Positions 56,783-64,000 of a DNA stretch of 64,000 bases are shown here, piece by piece; the first letter of the stretch is position 1, and each line of letters begins with the position of its first letter. The notes beneath the pieces were generated by a model. That model did not search any database. It saw only the letters and a program-made list of their open reading frames with translations, and was not told where the DNA came from. The position numbers were made by a program, and so were the translations under genes. Source of the stretch: Candidatus Omnitrophota bacterium (GTDB lineage Bacteria; Omnitrophota; Gorgyraeia; Gygaellales; Profunditerraquicolaceae). The DNA lies in NCBI GenBank assembly GCA_026387355.1, contig JAPLLW010000011.1, positions 9,504 to 73,503 on the forward strand, given 5' to 3'.

Positions 56783-57268
56783 CTAATTGGCTAAAGAAGG
56801 TGCAGCAGCAGGCTCTGGTTGTGAAGAGGTGCTCTGATCTGCCTGAGCCTCTTCAACTGTTATTTTATCTTCTCCTGGCCCAGTGGGTGTGGTTGAATCT
56901 TCGGCTTTTTCTTTACTTATGTTTTTGGCAGTATTCTTGGAATCGCTAACTATAAAATCAACGCTTAAAGTATCTTTTAGCTGAATATCCTGCAGAGACT
57001 TAACATTTTCATATGCAGTTGAGTCGTCTACAACTAAAACTAGGTCTTTTTCCTGATCAGTATCAAAATCAAGATATTTAATAGTCAGGGTTTTATTCTG
57101 TGGATCCAAACTTACCACTTCTCCCCAACGCCATTGCGTATCTGTATCGCTGCCTACCTGGGAAGTTTGCTGAACAGGCCCATCCTCAGTTAAGCCTAAG
57201 GTTAAATTAGTACTCGCGAATATTAATAAAGATAAAGCCACGAGAATTATATATACTCTAATCTTCAT
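56783..57268 (-). CDS. Hypothetical exported protein with acidic low-complexity tail
   Basis: N-terminal signal, WGEVVSLD beta-rich domain; AAGGAGG RBS and TTGACA-17-TAAAGT promoter. Confidence 0.65.
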   Translation of the reverse strand: MKIRVYIILVALSLLIFASTNLTLGLTEDGPVQQTSQVGSDTDTQWRWGEVVSLDPQNKTLTIKYLDFDTDQEKDLVLVVDDSTAYENVKSLQDIQLKDTLSVDFIVSDSKNTAKNISKEKAEDSTTPTGPGEDKITVEEAQADQSTSSQPEPAAAPSLAN

Positions 57269-57351
57269 CTAAACCCTCCTTTTATGGTTTTACTTTACCA
57301 CAAAAGAGAGCTTTTGTCAATAAAATGAGCCTATCGGATATTTATTTCAAA

Positions 57352-57392
57352 ATAAAAAAGGGCTGGCTTACGCTACAAAAGCCAACCCTCTT
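57352..57392 (-). terminator. Intrinsic terminator
   Basis: Minus strand AGGGTTGGCTT...AAGCCAGCCCT-TTTTT. Confidence 0.7.
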
Positions 57393-57411
57393 TCTTAAAT
57401 CTCAAGCTTTA

Positions 57412-57612
57412 TTATTCTTTAGCTATAGCTAAGGTAATTACACCGGCTAAAATAAAGAACAGGCCAATACAGCCCTTGATAATCATAAAAAGCAACTTGT
57501 ACCATCTTAGGATCGCAAAGACGCCTATTCCTAAGAAAGCTAAACCCAAGATAACTTTAAGCAAAGCGGCAACTCCTTTTTTTGCATCTGCTTTCTTTAC
57601 CTCTTCTGCCAT
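57412..57612 (-). CDS. Small two-TM membrane protein
   Basis: 66 aa, two hydrophobic segments, AAGGAGGT RBS. Confidence 0.7.
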   Translation of the reverse strand: MAEEVKKADAKKGVAALLKVILGLAFLGIGVFAILRWYKLLFMIIKGCIGLFFILAGVITLAIAKE

Positions 57613-57625
57613 CTCACACCTCCTT

Positions 57626-58537
57626 TTAGTTCGGTTTACTCTTCCATCTGCGGTGAATCCATCCCCATTCCGCAGGATATTTACGAATATATTCTTCTAT
57701 GATGCTGGTTAATTTCTGAATATTTATAAGAACCATTTCCTGCGCATCTTTACCCTCCTCCAGCTTTAGAGAAGGCTCAAAAATAATCTTATACATATTG
57801 TCGCCATGCCTAACAATAAAACAAGGCAAAAGCGAAGCGCCGGTACGCTGAGCAAGAATTACCGGACCGGTTGCTGTAGCAGCCTGTCTACCGAAGAAAT
57901 TTACAAACACACCCCCCGTACCAAAATTCTGGTCTATGGGAATAAAAACCAACTCGTTATTACGTAAAGCTTTTATAGTGTTATTCACGCATACATTGCG
58001 CGGCTGGCTATATATTGTTTTTACCCCAAATTTTTCTCGCTTCTCAAAAAAAATCTTCTCAACCCGAGAATCTCTCATCGGACGCATAATTCCACCCGCC
58101 TTATAACCTTCGAGTGCCAACCTTCCCAATAAAAGCGGGAAATTACCAAAATGCGCGCTAATTAATATTACTCCGTGCCCATTAGCTAAAGCACGGTCTA
58201 AATTCTCTCTACCCTCTATTACCACGCGCTCTTTTACCAGCTTAGGCCTGTCCATAAGAAACATTAACTCCACCGCTGACTTTGCTATATAAGTAAAACA
58301 GTCGCGGGCAATATCCTCTAACTCTTGCTGGGACTTCTCTTTACCAAAAGCAATACTTAAGCTTTCTAAAGCAATCTTACGCTGCTTTCCGGCAAAACGA
58401 TACGCCAAGGAACCTATCCCCTGGGCAAAACCATACAAAAACTGTGTCGGAATAAGCTTAATTATCAAAGAACAGAGGATTAAACCTAGCCATCCTGCGA
58501 AACGACCAATACTTTTACGTATTTTTTTAAAATCCAT
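57626..58537 (-). CDS. Lipid A late acyltransferase (LpxL/HtrB family)
   Basis: SAHFGN, DQ...G.FVNFFG, IRKYPAEWGWIHRRWK. Confidence 0.9.
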   Translation of the reverse strand: MDFKKIRKSIGRFAGWLGLILCSLIIKLIPTQFLYGFAQGIGSLAYRFAGKQRKIALESLSIAFGKEKSQQELEDIARDCFTYIAKSAVELMFLMDRPKLVKERVVIEGRENLDRALANGHGVILISAHFGNFPLLLGRLALEGYKAGGIMRPMRDSRVEKIFFEKREKFGVKTIYSQPRNVCVNNTIKALRNNELVFIPIDQNFGTGGVFVNFFGRQAATATGPVILAQRTGASLLPCFIVRHGDNMYKIIFEPSLKLEEGKDAQEMVLINIQKLTSIIEEYIRKYPAEWGWIHRRWKSKPN

Positions 58538-58588
58538 TATAACCTGTGAAAATAATTATAGCAATTTGGGTTTAATTTACAAGATAAA

Positions 58589-59074
58589 TTATAGCTTATA
58601 TCCGATTTTACGCAAGAATTCTTTACGCCAGATAAGATCGGCTTCATCTTCAACGCCTTTTGGCCGAGCACCGTCAATTACACCCAATATTCCGTTACCT
58701 TGCTCTGTCTGAACCACAACAACCTTAAGCAAATTAGCAGTTGCGCAGTATATATTACATACCTCTGGGATATTCTTAATGGCATTGAGAATATTTATCG
58801 GAAAGGCATTACGCATACAGATTACAAAACTATGCCCCGCGCTTATTTCAAGGCAATTATCCACAGCTACTTTTTTAAGCTCAGGATCATTACCCTCAAC
58901 CCTCACCTTACAGGCGCCGCTAGCCTCCGCAAAAGCTATGCCAAATTTTATACCAGGGACATTATTTACTAAAACTTCATAGATATCTTCTACGCTTTTA
59001 ATAAAATGGCTCTGCCCTAAAATTAGATTAACATCTTCTGGTTTTTTTATCTCGATCAGTTTTAACTCTAACAT
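58589..59074 (-). CDS. Adenosine-specific kinase (DUF355) family protein
   Basis: ILGQSHFIKSVEDIYE, AFAEASG, YCATAN, ILGVIDG, FLRKIGYK. Confidence 0.88.
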   Translation of the reverse strand: MLELKLIEIKKPEDVNLILGQSHFIKSVEDIYEVLVNNVPGIKFGIAFAEASGACKVRVEGNDPELKKVAVDNCLEISAGHSFVICMRNAFPINILNAIKNIPEVCNIYCATANLLKVVVVQTEQGNGILGVIDGARPKGVEDEADLIWRKEFLRKIGYKL

Positions 59075-59088
59075 CAGATCCTCCCGCT

Positions 59089-60483
59089 TTATTTTATAAC
59101 GATCTCCCTAAATCCAGTTGCATCTACAGGAAGCCTTCCACTATAAGCCTTTAGCGAAGTAAGTATTAAGCCAGGGTCACCTAATAAGGTAAGCGGGATA
59201 TGCACAACTACTTCCTCGGAATCCGTGTCCAAAAGAAACCCTACCGGTGATGCTACTTTCTTTTTCCCGTCATAAATTCTGTGCTTCTTACCTTTAATAA
59301 GAATGCGTATTTTAGGCATAGAGGAAAATGGGACTTTATCATTATAACCAAAGACATAAAGCATAAAGCTTAAGCCCTTGATTGACTTCTTAGTTTTATC
59401 AACACGTATAACTAAACAATGATCCACAATAGCATAGCCTACTTCACCCTGACCCTCTATGAAGCTATCACGAGAAAGCATCCCCTCATCTTCCGAATCT
59501 TCAAAGATACGCGTAGAACCGAAGAACTCCGGAGCTTTTTCTTTCAAAGAAGCCTGCCTGGCTAATTCAATCTGCGGATAGTTACCGAATAATTCATTTT
59601 TGCGGGCAAAGGCTAAAAGATAAAAAGCATGCGAAGCAGTCTGACTTCTATAGCAGAGTATTGCCTGATGCTTTTTCTCTAACTCCTCTGGGGTTAAATT
59701 GGATTTTAACCAGCTCGCCTGGGAATCTAGAAAGTTTTTCGGAGGCACTAAATCTAGTTCGGGATGATAATGTCGCGGTTTGGGCCAACCCACGCAATGT
59801 ATCAAATAAGGATAAACCTTTACAGGAGAAATCTGCTTATTTAAATCGAGTAAAGCCACTCTTAAAAAAAGATAGAATGTTTTATGATCTAAGTTTACAT
59901 CGGCAGGATGAGAGACAAGAATCTTGGTAGGCTTATAATCAAGGAGGATCTTTTTTAAATCATTCAGAATACTCTCTCCGACGTAAGGTGAACCGAAAGA
60001 TAAATCATTCTTATAAGGAACGCTGGATGTGCGTGTAAGTAAATTCCTAAATGGCTTATCTGTCTGCCAAAATTGACTAAATATCGTAAATGTTCCAAAA
60101 TCTGGATACCCAAGAAAGATAAGATCCCGCTCATTTAAGCCTAATAACTTCATGGCATTAATCGCTTCTTTGCAACGTAGCTGCCCCATGTGAAGAAACT
60201 CTCCTTTTCTAAAGGTGAGCCTTTTTTCATATACGATAAATGCTAACTCATTGTGATCACTATTAGTTAAATAAACTATCTTTACTTGAGCGCCTGCTGA
60301 AAGTGCATGTTGGATCACACCGGCTCCCCCTATAGCCTCATCGTCCGGATGAGGAGCTAATATAAGGATGCGGTCGGTTTTCTGGAAAGCTTCTATATCC
60401 GGAATATCTTGAGCATAAATAGATACTCTTGCCAGGATAATTGCAAGAAATGTTAATAATAAAGCTGGATATTTCTTTAGCAT
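59089..60483 (-). CDS. Exported PIG-L family deacetylase
   Basis: Signal peptide, APHPDDE, FLGYPD, D-x-N-x-DH, YRSQ. Confidence 0.88.
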   Translation of the reverse strand: MLKKYPALLLTFLAIILARVSIYAQDIPDIEAFQKTDRILILAPHPDDEAIGGAGVIQHALSAGAQVKIVYLTNSDHNELAFIVYEKRLTFRKGEFLHMGQLRCKEAINAMKLLGLNERDLIFLGYPDFGTFTIFSQFWQTDKPFRNLLTRTSSVPYKNDLSFGSPYVGESILNDLKKILLDYKPTKILVSHPADVNLDHKTFYLFLRVALLDLNKQISPVKVYPYLIHCVGWPKPRHYHPELDLVPPKNFLDSQASWLKSNLTPEELEKKHQAILCYRSQTASHAFYLLAFARKNELFGNYPQIELARQASLKEKAPEFFGSTRIFEDSEDEGMLSRDSFIEGQGEVGYAIVDHCLVIRVDKTKKSIKGLSFMLYVFGYNDKVPFSSMPKIRILIKGKKHRIYDGKKKVASPVGFLLDTDSEEVVVHIPLTLLGDPGLILTSLKAYSGRLPVDATGFREIVIK

Positions 60484-60537
60484 ATTTTTATTTTATCACA
60501 CGATCTTAATTCTGCCGATATTATATCTTGTCTTACA

Positions 60538-62568
60538 CTATTGCAAATACTCCAAAGGATCTTGAGGGATATTGTTTTTTTCTATTTCAAAATGTAAATG
60601 GGATTGCATATCCTTATAGTTGGCATTCCCGGTCTTCCCTACCGCACCAATGACATCACCCTGACGGACAATCTTGTTTTTTGTAACCAGAATCTGTGAG
60701 AGGTGCCCATATATAGTTACTAAGCTTGGGCTATGCCTAATAATAATATATTTGCCCATACCGCGGTTCCTATTGGCCTGAATGACTATTCCTGAACGCA
60801 CGGCTAAAACCGGTGTGCCTATCTTGGCAAAAAGGTCTATCCCCTCATGCATACGCCTACCGCTACGATTAGTGCCGAAAAATCCATCCCCCCTGGCATC
60901 AGAACGGATAATTAAGTCGCCGCTATAATTTATCGGAGAAATAAAATAATATTTATCCGCAAAATAAAAGACAAAAGCGGAATAGATTGTTAAGATTAAT
61001 AAAAAGACTAACAATACCTTCTTTGCCAAATTCTTATGTAAAGCAAAGATAAATAAATACAATAAACAGAGTAAACATATAACAATTAGGAAATCTCCGT
61101 GATTACTATAAAAAGATGCTTGTCCGCGAATAAAGATATTTTGGGTTTTAAACCCCGGGACAAATATCAGATTTCCAAACTCATCGTGCACCGAAGAAAT
61201 TATCCTGCCTTGAGGATTAATAAATCCAGAGATCCCTGTATTGGCAGAGCGCACCAGATACACCCTATTCTCAACCGCACGAAATACCGAACCTGCCAGA
61301 TGTTGAGATGCTTCAGTGGTCTTGCCAAACCAAGCATCATTAGTGATGTTGATTAAGAAATCTGCACCCTTATTCACGAAATTTCTAGCTAAATTAGGAA
61401 AAACATCCTCAAAACAAATCAATGTTCCGAATTGAAAATATCTACCTGATAAATAAACTTGTCTTCCGGAGTTTAAAACCGGGGCCGCTATCTTCTGGCT
61501 ACGAATTTTAAATAATGTATAGTATTTCCCTCTTGTAATATCGCCTATAGGAGCAATTGTATCTAAAAACTTTAAGATATTCCTAAAAGGTATGTACTCA
61601 CCAAAAGGGACAAGATGCAACTTATCATACCTTCCCAATAAAATACCTTCTCCTGAAGCCATAAGCGCACTATTATAATAAGAGTCTAGTCGACAAGTAA
61701 CCGCTCCAAATACTAAGGGCTTGCCTATTGTTTTAATAAACCGGCTTAACTTCCCATAGTAAACAGGTTCCTCCTCAGGAATGACCGGAAACGAAGCCTC
61801 TGGCCAGATAATTAAATCCGGATTATCCTTTCTTGCTTCAACAGTTAATTTAAAATACCTCTCCATAATAAATTCCCTGGAGCTCTCCTCCCACTTACGT
61901 TCCTGGGGGATATTCCCTTGGATAACAGATATTTTTAACGGAATTCCTGACAAGCCCTGATTCAACCTTAGGTATCCATAAGCAAAAACAGCTACTAGTA
62001 GAACAATAATTAAAGACGAATACAGTTTGCGCTTGCCTAAAATCATCTCCTGGATAACTACATTAATCAGCACTACCAAAAATGATACCAACCATACCCC
62101 TGCAATATCCGCAATCTGAATAAGTGTCAAATTAAGATACTGCGAATAGCCTAATAAAGCCCAGGGGAAACCGGAAAAAAGATGGCTGCGCAAATACTCC
62201 AGCATAACCCAGAGAGTTGGTATAAAAAGTATGCGCAGTTTAATTGATGGTCTGGATATTAGAAACCCGAAAACCCCGAAGTAACAGGCGAGATAAAAAA
62301 TCAAAATAATCTGACCTAATAATGTTACATGAATTAACCAGTATAAAGTAGCTGTCCAAAATATAACTCCTGCAAGATAAGAAATAAGAAACGCTTTTTT
62401 TCCGCTTTGATACTTCAGCGCAAAAAATAAAGGGATAAACCCAAACCATGCCAAAATCCATAATTTTCCAAAAGAAAATGGAACGGCTAATAGGACCGCA
62501 GAAAAAATAGCTAGTATTATGCTTTTTACTATAGGTTGTTGTTGACTATAGAGTATTGGCGCTTTCAT
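60538..62568 (-). CDS. lnt: Apolipoprotein N-acyltransferase fused to a C-terminal M23 peptidase domain
   Basis: [37 protein letters not shown]; tail HEGID, YGHL, HLHFE; start MKAPIL overlaps the secA stop. Confidence 0.88.
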   Translation of the reverse strand: MKAPILYSQQQPIVKSIILAIFSAVLLAVPFSFGKLWILAWFGFIPLFFALKYQSGKKAFLISYLAGVIFWTATLYWLIHVTLLGQIILIFYLACYFGVFGFLISRPSIKLRILFIPTLWVMLEYLRSHLFSGFPWALLGYSQYLNLTLIQIADIAGVWLVSFLVVLINVVIQEMILGKRKLYSSLIIVLLVAVFAYGYLRLNQGLSGIPLKISVIQGNIPQERKWEESSREFIMERYFKLTVEARKDNPDLIIWPEASFPVIPEEEPVYYGKLSRFIKTIGKPLVFGAVTCRLDSYYNSALMASGEGILLGRYDKLHLVPFGEYIPFRNILKFLDTIAPIGDITRGKYYTLFKIRSQKIAAPVLNSGRQVYLSGRYFQFGTLICFEDVFPNLARNFVNKGADFLINITNDAWFGKTTEASQHLAGSVFRAVENRVYLVRSANTGISGFINPQGRIISSVHDEFGNLIFVPGFKTQNIFIRGQASFYSNHGDFLIVICLLCLLYLFIFALHKNLAKKVLLVFLLILTIYSAFVFYFADKYYFISPINYSGDLIIRSDARGDGFFGTNRSGRRMHEGIDLFAKIGTPVLAVRSGIVIQANRNRGMGKYIIIRHSPSLVTIYGHLSQILVTKNKIVRQGDVIGAVGKTGNANYKDMQSHLHFEIEKNNIPQDPLEYLQ

Positions 62569-64000
62569 TTTCCGCAACATTTTTTATATTTTTTACCGGA
62601 TCCGCAGGGGCAGGGATCATTTCGTCCGACTTTAGGGTGGGATAATTTTACTGTTTTAACAACTGCCTCCTGCGGAGAAGATAAATCTTGGGCGTCAAAC
62701 TTCTCTACAGGAGCCTGTAAACCGCTAACTTCAGGATGCGTTAGTTCCTGACGCACAGTACTAAATACACCCTTAAATCTTTCCGGATGCACCGACTCCA
62801 ATTTAAAGATCGCCTCAATCGCATCTTCTTCAATAGCCGCAACCATCTGACTGAACATACCAAATGCCTCACGCTTATATTCAACTAAAGGATCGCGCTG
62901 GCCATAGGCGCGTAAACCTATTCCTTCGCGCAGACTATCCATTGCATAAAGATGATCCTTCCATTTAGCATCAATAATCTGCAAGAATACCATGCGCTCA
63001 AGATGACGCATTAAATCCGTACCAAAAGACTTCTCTTTTTCTTCGTAAATCTTAAAAGCGCTACTAATTAACTCTTCTTTTAAATCTGACTTAGATAAGC
63101 TACTCATTTTCTCAGCCTCAAGCTCTATGCCAAATTTTGCCCTTACTACAGCAATAAAGCCTTGTAGATCTGGTTCAGAGCCAGTTGAGTTTTCTGCAAA
63201 ATATATACTGGTAAGATTATCAACTACTCCGTCGACTATCTCAATTATTCTCTCTTTGAGAGAAATACCCTCTAAGATTTGACGACGCTGGCCATAGATT
63301 ATTTCTCTCTGTTTATTCATTACATTATCGTATTCCAGGAGTTGTTTTCTAATCTCAAAGTTATGCTGTTCAACACGGCGCTGTGCAATCTCGATAGAGC
63401 GGCTAACCCAGGGATGCTCGATAGCCTGGCCTTCCTCTAAACCTAATTTATCCATAATACCGATAAGCCGATCAGATCCGAACAAGCGCATCAGATCATC
63501 GCCTAAAGAAACGTAGAATCTTGAAGAGCCAGGGTCACCCTGGCGCCCGCACCTACCGCGCAACTGATTATCAATCCTGCGCGCCTCATGCCGTTCAGTC
63601 CCTAAAACATGCAAACCTCCTAAGCCTACTACTTTTTCATGTTCTGTGCTAGTCTCGCTCTTATATTTATCAAACAGCTTATGATATTCTGCTTGATAAT
63701 TCGGATCCTGCAGATCTAACTTCTGTCTAGCGACATTCTTAGACATAAACTCAGGATTACCGCCTAATAAAATATCCGTACCGCGGCCAGCCATATTTGT
63801 AGCAATGGTTATGCCTTTGTATCTACCGGCTTGAGCAACAATTTGCGCCTCTGTCTCGTGATATTTAGCATTGAGCACCTGATGCGTTATGCCCCGGCGT
63901 TTCAACATCTCAGAAAGAAGTTCTGATTTCTCTATTGAAATTGTACCTACCAAAACTGGCCTCCCGGCACTATAAAGCTCTGAGATCTCGTTTACCACAG
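62565..64000 (-). CDS. secA: Preprotein translocase SecA, C-terminal part (starts beyond window)
   Basis: [51 protein letters not shown]. Confidence 0.97.
   Translation of the reverse strand, partial: VVNEISELYSAGRPVLVGTISIEKSELLSEMLKRRGITHQVLNAKYHETEAQIVAQAGRYKGITIATNMAGRGTDILLGGNPEFMSKNVARQKLDLQDPNYQAEYHKLFDKYKSETSTEHEKVVGLGGLHVLGTERHEARRIDNQLRGRCGRQGDPGSSRFYVSLGDDLMRLFGSDRLIGIMDKLGLEEGQAIEHPWVSRSIEIAQRRVEQHNFEIRKQLLEYDNVMNKQREIIYGQRRQILEGISLKERIIEIVDGVVDNLTSIYFAENSTGSEPDLQGFIAVVRAKFGIELEAEKMSSLSKSDLKEELISSAFKIYEEKEKSFGTDLMRHLERMVFLQIIDAKWKDHLYAMDSLREGIGLRAYGQRDPLVEYKREAFGMFSQMVAAIEEDAIEAIFKLESVHPERFKGVFSTVRQELTHPEVSGLQAPVEKFDAQDLSSPQEAVVKTVKLSHPKVGRNDPCPCGSGKKYKKCCGK

Noticed and set aside
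61440-61500. Short insertion in Lnt ([10 protein letters not shown]) as a coding REP-like element
   Set aside because: DNA is too degenerate to show a palindrome or a second copy.
785-62751. Numerous plus-strand ORFs in the track (e.g. 785..1162, 5923..6378, 12801..13274, 36771..37433, 56222..56593)
   Set aside because: Antisense shadows of well-supported minus-strand genes, with no recognisable motifs or RBS.
1-64000. CRISPR array, integrase, transposase or prophage genes
   Set aside because: No regularly spaced repeats and no mobile-element motifs seen; the short repeats found are 7-10 nt.

Overview
Gene-dense, AT-rich bacterial window with almost every gene on the minus strand. It uses the standard code (many genes end in TGA) and has Gram-negative envelope genes (LpxL, PagL, Lnt, TonB-dependent receptor) plus anaerobe metabolism. 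The gene complement is compatible with an uncultured anaerobe such as Omnitrophota, which is an inference only. From right to left it holds: partial secA, an lnt-M23 fusion, envelope genes and an unannotated bL37-like ribosomal peptide; an Rrf2-led oxidative/nitrosative stress cluster (hcp, SOR with an in-frame TGA, ferritin, rubredoxin, tpx fusion, fprA, trxB); an Rrf2-cysK-nifU-DUF39-larE-nifS sulfur operon running into birA, a BirA-boxed TonB receptor and bioY; housekeeping genes; a group-4 [NiFe]-hydrogenase operon with an NAD(P)H module and a PhoU-domain gene; and tRNA-Phe. The best candidate for an undescribed system is the MarR-led operon at 1-7154. It encodes an Lgt paralogue, an ICMT-type methyltransferase, a Tes/GDGT-MAS-like radical SAM enzyme and acyl-handling enzymes. 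These surround three small membrane proteins (one missing from the ORF track) that share only a PLV[LF]LGTC lipobox-like motif, suggesting a dedicated Cys-lipidation or ribosomal lipopeptide pathway.
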